This document shows, in pieces, positions 54,378 through 64,000 of a stretch of DNA of 64,000 nt (position 1 is its first letter; each line of letters begins with the position of its first letter). A program made the position numbers and the translations under genes. The notes under the pieces are model-generated. The model did not search any database. It was not told the origin of the DNA and saw nothing but the letters and a program-made list of their open reading frames with translations. Source of the stretch: a virus; the IMG/VR virus record IMGVR_UViG_3300020433_000671, positions 11,491-75,490 of that record; one strand, written 5' to 3'.

Positions 54378-55162
54378 GATATTGTTTCATCAGCTCCACT
54401 TATAGGATTGCGTTTCTTCTGATCTGTAAAGTCTTCATCAACAACACCAAATCCAAAATCATCATCAGCATCTGCTGTGATAGGATCTGGTTGAATTGTG
54501 TAACGAACTTGTCTTGGTGCAGAAGTTGTGTTTGTATCTGTATAGTAATCTGTAATAACTTTCTTGATAGTCTTGGAATCAGTAACAGGACCGTATAGAT
54601 AAGTTTTTGCAGTAAATTGCAAAGTGTATATTATTGCTCTACGAGTTTGAAAATTATTTTCATAATCATCTTCATAGTCAACACTAGTTAAGATAACAGG
54701 AACATCCTTTGTTTCACTTACCTCAGGGACTAATTTAACTGCTAAGTTAAAGTGTGGTTGAAAGAAAGGAAGAATCTGTTCAAGAATCTGAAGACCATCT
54801 TCCTGATTCTTAGAAATGATTGCTAATTCAAATGAAAGATTATAAGGAACAGGCATGAAAACACTCTTGTTCTCATCAGTATCTTTAGCAAATTTAATTT
54901 TTTGAGTTGGAGAAACTTTTCTTTGTGGATCATATTGAATACCATTAATCTCAAAAGAGATTCTTGGTAAAGTAATTTGTACCCTTTTATTGGTAGGATC
55001 TGGTACTTGATCCAATCTTGCTAAGAATTTTTGTTTTGGACCATATGCCAAAGGGACTTTTTGTACCTCTGTTGAACGACGAAGTTCAATATTGTTGAAC
55101 AACGTACCAAACGCTACAACGGTTCTTCTAAAAATTTCGTGATATGAATATGTGCCTAACAT
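54374..55162 (-). CDS. g15: Tail sheath stabiliser/completion protein gp15
   Basis: FGTLFNNI, VPLAYGPKQK and QILEQILPFFQP. Confidence 0.94.
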   Translation of the reverse strand: MLGTYSYHEIFRRTVVAFGTLFNNIELRRSTEVQKVPLAYGPKQKFLARLDQVPDPTNKRVQITLPRISFEINGIQYDPQRKVSPTQKIKFAKDTDENKSVFMPVPYNLSFELAIISKNQEDGLQILEQILPFFQPHFNLAVKLVPEVSETKDVPVILTSVDYEDDYENNFQTRRAIIYTLQFTAKTYLYGPVTDSKTIKKVITDYYTDTNTTSAPRQVRYTIQPDPITADADDDFGFGVVDEDFTDQKKRNPISGADETIS

Positions 55163-56088
55163 CAGATTGTAGTATCAGTAGTGGAACCAACAGAACCGAA
55201 GGGATTACCTTCTGTAAAATCGATAATATCGTCATCGGCAGTTTCAAAACCAAAGTTTTGATCAACACTGTCAGCAGTATTAACGTTATTTAGGGTATTA
55301 TAAGAAGCGGATGTCCAAGCAGCACCAGAAGTTTGTCCAGTTACAGTTTCTGGTATGGTAAAGATACCAGATCTATTAAAGACTTGTAGTTGTCTGTCAG
55401 TAGAATTCCATGCTTTGACTTCAGCAGTTACATTAGATGTGCCACCAGCAACTACCTCCCCAACAGTAAAGTCTCCACTACCACCAGCAGCAAAGTTAAC
55501 TGTGATAGCATTAGCAAATGCTGCTTCAATACCATCAATCTCTGCAACCCCAGTGTCAAGTGCCTCATCTGCATACTGGAAGAGTTCACACTGACATTCC
55601 CAAACATATCCTTTTCCTAGTTGATAGAATGGTCTTTCTGCTTCTACAAATTGAATCTCAAATAAATGTTTTGTAGAAGGGAACCAAATTAGATCACCTT
55701 CATTAGGACGACCTTCAACATTTAATACTGCATTATCATCTACAGCAGATGTAAACTTCTCTCTAGAGAAAACAAACGTTGTCTTATCTTCAATACGAAC
55801 ACCAAACTTACTAAGAAGTTCTCCTTGACCTTCCCAACCTTCTACGTTATTTACATATGCACGAATTGCAAGTGCTTGTGTAAATCTACTATTTTCAACC
55901 TCACCTAAAATAGTGTCTCTATTTACATATGTTCTAGGTAGATAGAAAATATCTTGACCATATATTTCAATGCTCTCTACAATTAAATTTTCTATAAAAG
56001 TTTGTTCTTGAGTTGAACCATTTGCTTTTAGAAGATTTGTATGATCTCTAAAAACAAAATCTGATGCTGGAGAATTAGTAAATGCCAT
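55162..56088 (-). CDS. g14: Neck protein gp14
   Basis: ESIEIYGQDIFYLPR, RPNEGDLI, FYQLGK and DFTEGNPFG. Confidence 0.93.
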   Translation of the reverse strand: MAFTNSPASDFVFRDHTNLLKANGSTQEQTFIENLIVESIEIYGQDIFYLPRTYVNRDTILGEVENSRFTQALAIRAYVNNVEGWEGQGELLSKFGVRIEDKTTFVFSREKFTSAVDDNAVLNVEGRPNEGDLIWFPSTKHLFEIQFVEAERPFYQLGKGYVWECQCELFQYADEALDTGVAEIDGIEAAFANAITVNFAAGGSGDFTVGEVVAGGTSNVTAEVKAWNSTDRQLQVFNRSGIFTIPETVTGQTSGAAWTSASYNTLNNVNTADSVDQNFGFETADDDIIDFTEGNPFGSVGSTTDTTI

Positions 56089-56089
56089 G

Positions 56090-56896
56090 TTAACCTATTA
56101 AATCCATAGGAGGAATTTCGTATGTTTCACGAACTGTTGATTCAAGATTTTTCTTGAATTCACTTGCGTCTTCAAGAATCTGACGACCATTGAGTGTAAC
56201 TCCACCTAGCATTTGAATGCCATCATACTTACTTAAGTTACGACCCCACTGTTGTTGGAATAATGCTTCCACATAATCTTTTAACCAGTTATCATTATAC
56301 ATCGCTGTATATGTATCTGGATCTTGACGCATTAATACTTCAACTAAGATAAAATCATCTGCTTGTAACTCATTCCAATCCATATCAATGTATAATCTTG
56401 CCTGATGCTCATTGAATCTAATCCTACGAGCACCATTATTGTTGGTAACCCAATCCAAAGTCTCAAGATACTGAGAAGTCATATAATAGTGAAGGATTTG
56501 ACCATGAGTCATTGAGTAAATATCATTTAAGAAAATTTGATATTTAATATTAAAAATATTTCCAGGAATAATACTAGAAGCACCAATCTGAGTAAACACT
56601 CTGTTGACACTCATTACACCAGGAGGAAGAGAGACATACTCTTGACCTTCAAACCAATCAGTAGAACCAATTTGAGAAGTTGCTTTTGCAGCAGTTTTGA
56701 TAGCGTCAGTTACTTCAATCTTAATTAAAGATTTATAACTGCCATTATAGTGATACTCTTGGTAATAATCGATTGCCTCTTCAATAAGATCATCAAGTTG
56801 TGTCTGAGCAACGTTGATATCGATTGTAGGAAATCCTAATCTACGAAGAGCATAATCTCTTAATTCGGTTTTATTTGCTGGTTTAGTTGCTGACAT
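56090..56896 (-). CDS. g13: Neck protein gp13
   Basis: LRRLGFPTIDINV and QWGRNLSKY...GGVTLNG. Confidence 0.94.
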   Translation of the reverse strand: MSATKPANKTELRDYALRRLGFPTIDINVAQTQLDDLIEEAIDYYQEYHYNGSYKSLIKIEVTDAIKTAAKATSQIGSTDWFEGQEYVSLPPGVMSVNRVFTQIGASSIIPGNIFNIKYQIFLNDIYSMTHGQILHYYMTSQYLETLDWVTNNNGARRIRFNEHQARLYIDMDWNELQADDFILVEVLMRQDPDTYTAMYNDNWLKDYVEALFQQQWGRNLSKYDGIQMLGGVTLNGRQILEDASEFKKNLESTVRETYEIPPMDLIG

Positions 56897-56902
56897 TTTT
56901 TA

Positions 56903-59900
56903 TCAAGAGAATGATTGAACGGTGAGAGTAGTAACATCATTTGCACTGATGACTTCTCCTTTTTTGAAGAATCCATCAACAGTGTCAACGGTAATTTGAT
57001 TAGAACCAAGGGCGGTGATAACACCTGTGGTGCCACTAGTAGCACCAGTAACAGTTGAACCAACCTCCATTGTAGTAACGTCAGTTAGTTGTAGGGTTGC
57101 GTTAGTAGCAACAGTGGAGATATCCACGGAACCACCAGCACCACCTGACTGAACAATAGTAATTGTCTCACCAGCGACATATCCAGTACCACCATCATTA
57201 ATGGTGACATTGGTGATTGCACCAGCAGATGCAGTTATATCTACAACCAGAGTTGCAGATCCAGAACCACCTGTTGTTGCAAGAGCAGTTCCAGTTGTAT
57301 ATCCAGAACCACCAGTTATACTTCCTAGATTTAATGTTAATACTTTACCTGCATTAGGGTTAGTAATGGTCACAGTGTCATTTAGAGTATAAGCAGATCC
57401 ACCTGCGTTTACTTCAACAGAAGTGATAACACCACTAGCAACAGTTGTATTTACAGTTAGAGAAGATCCAGTTCCACCAGCAGTGGCAACACCATTTGCA
57501 GCAGTAAATCCACCGCCGCCACCATTAGTGACAACTGCAACAACACCAGCACCAGGTGTAGGATCTCCAGAGAGAGCTAGTGTTAGAGTTGTAGAAGATG
57601 CCAAGTTGTTTAACATTGCACTGAGTTGTTCAAAAGCATTGTCAAGTTTTTCTTGTACTCTTGCCTCTGTATAATATTGATTAGTTCCTTCAGCAAGATC
57701 AGATGTAGTCTTGCTAGAAAGATCAAGATTAGCACCAGTTGCAGCAGCAACTTTTAAGTCTGCTCTACCATCAGCACGAGTGTTTGTAAAGTAGAGATTA
57801 GTGCTACCTTCTGTTAATGCATCAGTGTCATGGTTTGCAATACTAGAGACAGTACCAGTTACATCACCAGTTACATCTCCTTCCACATTACCAGTTACAT
57901 TTCCAGTTAGTGATGCTGTGATAACACCAGCAGCAAAGTTACCAGATCCATCACGTAAAACTAAGTTGTTAGCAGCATTCGTATCTGAAGAAGCAACGTT
58001 GATTGTTGTATTACCAGCAACACCATCAGCATTAGTGAGTGTAATACCAGAAGACGCTGTAACTGCAAGTGTACGTTGTGCGTAGGTGTTTGCAGCAGTT
58101 CTTACGACATAACCAGTACCTGACATTGCAGCAAGTGCAGTAATATCAGCATCATCATATGTTGTAGTGATAGTTACATCAGCAGATCCATTAAATGAAA
58201 CGTTACCATTGACAACACCATCAACAGTAATTGTCCTTGCAGTTTCAAGAGTTGTTGCTGTAGATGCGTTACCTGTTAACGCTGCAGTGATAGTTCCTGC
58301 AGCAAAGTTTCCAGATGCATCACGATTAACAACTGTAGATCCTGTATTGGCACTTGCAGTTGTCATTCCATCTAGCAAGTCAACGTTCAAGTTTGCAACT
58401 TTAGTAGTTGAAGCAATAGAGAATGGAGCACCAGTTGATTTATTAGAAACAATTTGACCATCAACTGTTAAAGCACCATCGATGTTAGCGTCGTTATCAA
58501 CATCAAGTGCAGTGCCAGCAGCAGTAAGATTTAAACTACCAGCACGAAGAGAACCATCTGTTCCAGCATGAACTTCTGATGTGTTTGTTGAATCTGTTAA
58601 GAATGCGAACTGGTTGGCGGATCTATCATATCCGAAGAACCCAATTTTAGCAGAGCCGTCGTGATAACGGAACTCAACACCACGATCCTTACCATCGTTA
58701 GACGCTGGTGCTGTGTCACCACCCACAGTAATAATAGGGTCATCGAGAGTTGTAACCGTAGAATTGACAGTAGTTGTTGTTCCATTGACTGTAAGATTTC
58801 CTGTAACTGTGAGGTCAGATGATGCAGTTACGTTACCTGCAACATCCAATGTTCCTTGAATATCAGTGTTACCATTATCAGTATCTACTGTAAATTTATC
58901 AGCACCAGATCCATTTTGAATAGCAAATTCTTTATTATCAGCAGTAATAGTAACATCATCATGAGTTACTAAAGCACCAGAAATATCTGCAGAGTTGTTA
59001 AGATCTAATGTACCAGTTAATTCTGTATTGCCATATACTCTTGTCCCGCCACCAACTGCTAAGTTCTTAGCTGTGCCAATACCACCAGAAAATCTTGCAG
59101 AACCATCAGCAGCATATGATCCTGTTAGAGTTTGCTCTGTGTTGTTAGTGAATGTATTAACACCAGATGTTCCAAATGTATCATTAATCTGTGTAGCATC
59201 ACCAACGGTTAATGTACCAATGATATTTGTATTACCATTGTCTGTGTCAACTTCAAACTTTGCAACAGCAGAACCATTTCTTACAGATAATAGTTCATTT
59301 GCAGCATCAACAATTAGAGAATCGTTTATAGTTGTTTGACCTTCAACAACCAGAGTACCATCAGTTGCTACGTTACCTGTGGAAGAGGCAACAGTAAACT
59401 TATCAGTTGTACCTGATCTAACTGCAAAGTTATTATCAACATCTACAGTTCCATTGAACTCAGAGTTGTTTGATACAGTTAGTGTGCCACCAAGCGTTGT
59501 ATTATTATCAACATTAAGTGTTGAATTTAATTCAGTATGACCATCAGCAGTTAAAGTTCCTTCAATATTAGTATTACCAGTTACATTATCAACGAAGAAC
59601 TTATCAGTCGTTCCGTTTCTAACTGCAAAATCTGCATCAACATCAACTGTGCCATCAAATTCAGAAGCACCTGCAACATCAAGAGTTCCTTGAATATCGG
59701 TATTACCGTTTGCACCAAGAACAGAGAACTTAACAGTATCACTGTTATTCTTTTTACCAACAAATAATCCCTCACCACTTCCTGTAGCACCAACATGTAA
59801 GTTCTGGTTAACACCTGCACCACCAAAGACTCTCAAGTTAGAAGTATTGGAGTTTGAGAATGTTGGATTAAATGCAGAGAAAGAACCAGTTCTTAGTTTA

Positions 59901-62479
59901 AATCGAACAGATAGATAGTTTCTTAGACCAAAATTCTCAGTTGCGTCTTCTTGTTGGTTAAAGTCACCATTTAGGAATACGTTACCATTGAATAATACGT
60001 CCTTATCAAAGTATGCACCACCATCTACTCTTAATGCACCATAGTCATTATTTTGAATTGAGTGAGGAGCACCAGATAGAATATCAGGTTCATCTGTGCT
60101 TTCTAGATGAACTAAACCAGAAATATTTGCATTGTTATTAAGATCAAGAGCACCAGTAAGAGTTGTGCCTTGAGTCACTCCAAGAGTACCTGCGATAGAT
60201 GTGTTACCAGTAGCAGCGACAACGTTAAACTTGTTAGTATTAACATCAACATTACCTTCTACAGCAAGAACACCACCCATCGTGACATTACCTGATGTAG
60301 ATTGTAATTCAATCTTAGTAGTTCCAGAACCGTTGTTTAATTGTAAGGTTTTAGAAGCACCTTGTAATACTACATTATCATCAAACCTACTTGTACCATG
60401 AGTACGGAAGTTTGTATCAATATCTACTGAACCACCAATATTAACATCATCTCCGATACCTGCACCACCTGCTACTACCAAATCTCCAGTAGTATTAGAT
60501 GTTGAGTTAGTATTTGTGGTAAGTTTTAAATTACCAGCGATGATTCCTCCATCTGTTCCAGAGAATACTTCTGAGGTATTTGTGGCATCGTAGAGGAATG
60601 TAAACGCTCCTGAATGTCCTCCAAGATCTGTGGCCGAATCATCATAACCAAAGAATCCAATTCTTGCCTGAGAGTCAAAGTATCTGAATTCAATTCCTCT
60701 ATCCTTACCGTCATCTGACGCTGGAGCAGTATCACCACCAAGAGTGATAATAGGATCATCAACCGTAGTAACGGTTGAATTAACTGTTGTAGTTGTGCCA
60801 TCGACTTGAAGATCACCACGAATAGTTACTTTACCACTAACATCTCTGTCATCATTAGGATCAATTAATATATCTCCTGTAGCACCAATGTGATCCGCTT
60901 GGAATCTCATTGTTTCTATATGTACCTTACCTGCAGCATCAGTAGCATTGATAGTAACTTTATCCTCTGCACCAATAATTAAATGACTTTCGCCAGTTCC
61001 TAAGTTGGTTGCAAAAAGACTAAGTGATCTATCAGATGAAGAATCCTGTGTAGTCTGGATGGTTAAATTACCATCACCAGTTTTATCTAATGTTTGTGCA
61101 ACTGCACCATCAAGCACAATATCTGGATCACTGATTAATGTCTTTACATTAATATCAACCTCTCCAGCACCAGCATCGCCAGTATTATTAGCACCGAAGA
61201 GAAGATTGCCTGAAGTATCATTTACCTTAACGTAATTTAATTTATTGAATCCTCTATATCCTGTAGTTGCGGTAAGTTCTTGATCTAAATCAAAATGTTC
61301 TACTGCGTTACCGTCAGCAAAGGATACTCTACTATTTTGTAATTGATCATTATCAATAGAACCAAGAGCCATTGTAACATGACCACCTGCAGTTACATCA
61401 AAATCTTCTTGATCGAATGAAGCAAGTCCTTTTTGTGGTGATAATGCAGCACCAAGATGTCTCCATGATCCAGCATCACTTGTATCTGAATGAGTAGGAG
61501 CACCAGCACCAGCAGCAATATCTGCTATTGCTTGATATAGTTTTGATGCGTTAGTGATTTGATCACCACGAACATAAGTAGTTCCTGCATTATACGCTGC
61601 TGCAGTTGTTCCTTGTGTAGCAGTAGCGATGGGTACATTTGTCGCAGATGTTAAACGACCTCTATCATCAACTGAAAACTTAACTGCGTTTACAGTTTCA
61701 GTTCCAAAAGGTTCGCTATTACTACCAACGGCAGATACTGATGTTAGTGATTCAGTGTTGTAATCACCATCAACTACTGTAGTAGTTGCAAGATCTAAAG
61801 TGGGATTACCAGCAAGACCACCACCATTGTTTACATTAATTTTACCTGCAGTTCCCGTAATAGTACGGGTTGCCATTGTGTTTGAAGCAGTTCTAGAAAT
61901 AAAACCTGTAGTAGTAAGACCTGCTAAGGCAACTAAATCTAAATCATACGCTTGTGCAGATGAACCTTCTACAGTTCCATTTAAATTATAATCAGCAAGA
62001 GTTGTTGGATTTGAAGCATTGATAACTCTACCTTTAGCATCAACAGTTACTTTAGTATAAGTTCCTGTGGCAGTATCAGTATTATCGTGATGAGGTAAAG
62101 TTGATAATAAATTTAAACCTACTGAAATAGAAATATTTTCAGACCCATCAAAAATTTGAGAACCACCAGCATCACCAATTAATTGTATTTGCCTAGAACT
62201 TGCTAATCTAGATGCAGTAGAAGCATTACCTATAATTGTGGCAGTAATTGTTGCAGCAGAAAAATTACCGTCATTATCTCTTTGAACTAGAGTATTTGCC
62301 GTGTTTGAGGTTGATTCGATTGGGCGTTCATATCTAAGGGTATTCCACGGGGTGACACCATCACCTATCTTAAAACGACCTGTATCAAGTTCGATACCAA
62401 GTTCGCCTTGAGCGAGGATAGGGTTAGAGTTTTGCCATTCTTGCCCATTACCACGTCTTAATTGAATTCTATTTGCCAT
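56903..62479 (-). CDS. Large fibre-like virion protein with internal repeats
   Basis: N-terminal RIQLRRG...NPILAQGELGIELDTGRFKIGDG attachment-type domain. G/T/N/D-rich beta repeats and duplicated domains; late promoter upstream. Confidence 0.8.
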   Translation of the reverse strand: MANRIQLRRGNGQEWQNSNPILAQGELGIELDTGRFKIGDGVTPWNTLRYERPIESTSNTANTLVQRDNDGNFSAATITATIIGNASTASRLASSRQIQLIGDAGGSQIFDGSENISISVGLNLLSTLPHHDNTDTATGTYTKVTVDAKGRVINASNPTTLADYNLNGTVEGSSAQAYDLDLVALAGLTTTGFISRTASNTMATRTITGTAGKINVNNGGGLAGNPTLDLATTTVVDGDYNTESLTSVSAVGSNSEPFGTETVNAVKFSVDDRGRLTSATNVPIATATQGTTAAAYNAGTTYVRGDQITNASKLYQAIADIAAGAGAPTHSDTSDAGSWRHLGAALSPQKGLASFDQEDFDVTAGGHVTMALGSIDNDQLQNSRVSFADGNAVEHFDLDQELTATTGYRGFNKLNYVKVNDTSGNLLFGANNTGDAGAGEVDINVKTLISDPDIVLDGAVAQTLDKTGDGNLTIQTTQDSSSDRSLSLFATNLGTGESHLIIGAEDKVTINATDAAGKVHIETMRFQADHIGATGDILIDPNDDRDVSGKVTIRGDLQVDGTTTTVNSTVTTVDDPIITLGGDTAPASDDGKDRGIEFRYFDSQARIGFFGYDDSATDLGGHSGAFTFLYDATNTSEVFSGTDGGIIAGNLKLTTNTNSTSNTTGDLVVAGGAGIGDDVNIGGSVDIDTNFRTHGTSRFDDNVVLQGASKTLQLNNGSGTTKIELQSTSGNVTMGGVLAVEGNVDVNTNKFNVVAATGNTSIAGTLGVTQGTTLTGALDLNNNANISGLVHLESTDEPDILSGAPHSIQNNDYGALRVDGGAYFDKDVLFNGNVFLNGDFNQQEDATENFGLRNYLSVRFKLRTGSFSAFNPTFSNSNTSNLRVFGGAGVNQNLHVGATGSGEGLFVGKKNNSDTVKFSVLGANGNTDIQGTLDVAGASEFDGTVDVDADFAVRNGTTDKFFVDNVTGNTNIEGTLTADGHTELNSTLNVDNNTTLGGTLTVSNNSEFNGTVDVDNNFAVRSGTTDKFTVASSTGNVATDGTLVVEGQTTINDSLIVDAANELLSVRNGSAVAKFEVDTDNGNTNIIGTLTVGDATQINDTFGTSGVNTFTNNTEQTLTGSYAADGSARFSGGIGTAKNLAVGGGTRVYGNTELTGTLDLNNSADISGALVTHDDVTITADNKEFAIQNGSGADKFTVDTDNGNTDIQGTLDVAGNVTASSDLTVTGNLTVNGTTTTVNSTVTTLDDPIITVGGDTAPASNDGKDRGVEFRYHDGSAKIGFFGYDRSANQFAFLTDSTNTSEVHAGTDGSLRAGSLNLTAAGTALDVDNDANIDGALTVDGQIVSNKSTGAPFSIASTTKVANLNVDLLDGMTTASANTGSTVVNRDASGNFAAGTITAALTGNASTATTLETARTITVDGVVNGNVSFNGSADVTITTTYDDADITALAAMSGTGYVVRTAANTYAQRTLAVTASSGITLTNADGVAGNTTINVASSDTNAANNLVLRDGSGNFAAGVITASLTGNVTGNVEGDVTGDVTGTVSSIANHDTDALTEGSTNLYFTNTRADGRADLKVAAATGANLDLSSKTTSDLAEGTNQYYTEARVQEKLDNAFEQLSAMLNNLASSTTLTLALSGDPTPGAGVVAVVTNGGGGGFTAANGVATAGGTGSSLTVNTTVASGVITSVEVNAGGSAYTLNDTVTITNPNAGKVLTLNLGSITGGSGYTTGTALATTGGSGSATLVVDITASAGAITNVTINDGGTGYVAGETITIVQSGGAGGSVDISTVATNATLQLTDVTTMEVGSTVTGATSGTTGVITALGSNQITVDTVDGFFKKGEVISANDVTTLTVQSFS

Positions 62480-62528
62480 TTTTTACGACAACTCTATGAG
62501 AACATGCTTCCAAGTTATTTATGCCATT

Positions 62529-62552
62529 AAAAAAAGGGGCAGTAACTGCCCC
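62529..62552 (-). terminator. Rho-independent terminator
   Basis: GGGGCAG-TTA-CTGCCCC-TTTTTTT on the minus strand. Confidence 0.85.
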
Positions 62553-62561
62553 ATATATTTA

Positions 62562-62804
62562 TTATACAGTTTCAAGGTTATCTACAACCTCTTCATCTGG
62601 AGAAGATCCACTTGGGGGATTTTCACTATAATACTCCAACGCTTCAATAGCACCTTGCAGTTTTAGAGCAACTATCTCATTTTGTTTAATTTTTTCTGAT
62701 AATTGCTTATTTTCTTCTACTGCAGCATTAAAACGCTCCCTAAATTGTTGGAGCATTGTTTCTTGAGACACCTTCTCTACAGGTGCTGTTGCATCATCTG
62801 TCAT
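62562..62804 (-). CDS. Small coiled-coil hypothetical protein
   Basis: ALKLQGAIEALEY. Confidence 0.75.
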   Translation of the reverse strand: MTDDATAPVEKVSQETMLQQFRERFNAAVEENKQLSEKIKQNEIVALKLQGAIEALEYYSENPPSGSSPDEEVVDNLETV

Positions 62805-63043
62805 TTTTTGTTTTGGACTAACGTTAGTAAAAGTGTTTTTATTTCACTCATCTCTGATTTTAACTCAGAAACCTCATTTTGTAAAGCTCGCTTTTCTGCT
62901 GCTTCTTTTTGCCTCTTATTGTAAGATGCCATGTATTTATCATACTCATCATCATTACCACATACTATGGCATTGGAATCAGGATCTCTGTAGAGACCCT
63001 CCTTTCCTTCAACTGGGATTAATCCTTCATATTCATTCATCAT
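62801..63043 (-). CDS. Conserved T4-like hypothetical protein
   Basis: VEGKEGLYRD...AIV...ELKSEMSEIKTLL. Confidence 0.8.
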   Translation of the reverse strand: MMNEYEGLIPVEGKEGLYRDPDSNAIVCGNDDEYDKYMASYNKRQKEAAEKRALQNEVSELKSEMSEIKTLLLTLVQNKK

Positions 63044-63311
63044 AATATTCTCCCAATTCTGGTTCTATTTTTATTTGAACTTTTTTATCTTTCCCCCTTG
63101 TCATTCTATACATTTTTTCATACCTAGTTACTATCTCTTCAGCGTCTTTCTCAAAGTCAGGTGTTGATTCGTGACGTGAAGCATAAGCATCTGCTATTTC
63201 TTCTTCAGGTCTGGGGTTTTCATAACCTAGTTCTCTTCTCATGTCATCATGAAGTCTTTCTGTAGGAGTTTTATCTTTTGCCACTGGCCAATTATCGTAA
63301 GGGTGTGTCAT
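63033..63311 (-). CDS. Hypothetical protein
   Basis: 92-aa ORF, translationally coupled. Confidence 0.65.
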   Translation of the reverse strand: MTHPYDNWPVAKDKTPTERLHDDMRRELGYENPRPEEEIADAYASRHESTPDFEKDAEEIVTRYEKMYRMTRGKDKKVQIKIEPELGEYYDE

Positions 63312-64000
63312 TAGGTTGCAAGTGCGATAGCACGTAAATCTGAAATCAAAGGAATTCTTGCTTGGTTAGAAGATCTTAGAACTATCTTAAGTTGGAATGC
63401 ATTAAAGTTTAAACCACTTACTTCATAGTAATAATCCTTCCAAAGAACTTCTTCACTAGGAGAATCATCATACTGAAGAGGTTTATCCATTTGTGTCCAA
63501 CCGATAGAATCGATGTCATCATTAGTACCAGTGCTAAATGCTCTGTAGTAAAGTCTAACATCTGCCTCTGGTGGACGGGACATTTGGAAATCAACTCTAA
63601 TTGATCTAGACTCTCTAATTAAACGAGCAAGTCTTGTAATATACACAGCATCATTCTGATCACCTAGTGGTAGAAGAGAAACATCTTGTGAAGTATCAAT
63701 TGCACTTTGTTGACCGTATGGAGAAGAACCACCTGGCCAAGCATTAATTCTATTAGTTGTTGTGATCAAAGAACATCTATCTAAATCAACAACAGGAGAA
63801 AGTGTTGATTTTGTGGTAGACAGATCAATAAGCATAGTTAATGATTTTTGACCATCTAATTTAGCATTTTCATTAACTTCTGAACAAATCATTTTAGGAT
63901 CTGGGAAGAAGTTTAGATCGTTCAATGTTATTGCTTCATAAGTACCATCATTAACGAAAGATGATTGATCAACGTTAGCACTTCCATTACCAATAGATGT
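63311..64000 (-). CDS. C-terminal part of a large virion structural protein (DUF4815/VrlC-like), 5'-truncated
   Basis: Frame is open to the window end; LSPVVDL...FQLKIVLRS...P.I.DLRAIALA C-terminus. Confidence 0.8.
   Translation of the reverse strand, partial: TSIGNGSANVDQSSFVNDGTYEAITLNDLNFFPDPKMICSEVNENAKLDGQKSLTMLIDLSTTKSTLSPVVDLDRCSLITTTNRINAWPGGSSPYGQQSAIDTSQDVSLLPLGDQNDAVYITRLARLIRESRSIRVDFQMSRPPEADVRLYYRAFSTGTNDDIDSIGWTQMDKPLQYDDSPSEEVLWKDYYYEVSGLNFNAFQLKIVLRSSNQARIPLISDLRAIALAT

Noticed and set aside
6921-60819. Same-strand alternate-frame ORFs inside core genes (e.g. 6921-7190, 9879-10121, 14038-14310, 39233-39646, 48520-48810)
   Set aside because: They are nested in conserved genes, show off-frame Leu/Met-rich composition and have no independent support.
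86-61991. Dozens of plus-strand ORFs of 60-157 aa in the track (e.g. 1594-1962, 13457-13846, 40761-41234, 57201-61991)
   Set aside because: They are antisense shadows of well-supported minus-strand genes, caused by codon bias, with no RBS or recognisable motifs.
56903-62479. Diversity-generating retroelement or CRISPR-like array in the fibre repeats
   Set aside because: The repeats are in-frame protein repeats with synonymous divergence rather than adenine-specific changes. There is no reverse transcriptase in the window and no spacer-repeat periodicity.
1-64000. tRNA or rRNA genes
   Set aside because: Intergenic gaps are short and are explained by promoters, terminators and small ORFs. No cloverleaf was recognised by eye; tRNAscan-SE was not run.

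Overview
This is a 64-kb, AT-rich segment of a T4-like marine cyanomyovirus (Kyanoviridae-like; the host is probably Prochlorococcus or Synechococcus, by inference). Nearly all genes are on the minus strand. Read right to left, the gene order is: the 3' end of a large virion protein; a 1858-aa fibre-like protein; neck/tail g13-g15; terminase g16 and g17, separated by a ~4.8-kb variable insert; g18-g23; g3; uvsY, uvsW; g55; g47, g46; a vWA/HExxH protein and the MoxR-type 'cobS'; g45, g44, pyrE, dam, g62, regA; an 8-gene cell-envelope locus that includes the main plus-strand operon; hsp20; g43; uvsX; g41; mazG; a PD-(D/E)xK-like gene; a ligase-like gene; an HxGH nucleotidyltransferase; and a run of Lys-rich modular proteins. 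I saw no tRNA, rRNA, CRISPR array, intron or intein. There are two main candidates for an undescribed system. (1) At 17080-21352, two paralogous secreted beta-rich proteins, a putative outer-membrane channel subunit with a non-canonical ATA start, and five convergent membrane proteins may form a phage-encoded envelope apparatus. (2) At 1-6422 and 51604-53401, capsid-targeted 'polyproteins' consist of shuffled basic modules separated by gp21-type (I/L/V/F)-x-E cleavage sites; one carries an enzyme. I also found by hand several small ORFs and structured RNA leaders missing from the ORF track, including a ROSE-like hsp20 leader, a Met-His-stop leader and a CP12-like microprotein. All homology calls come from motif recognition; no searches were run.
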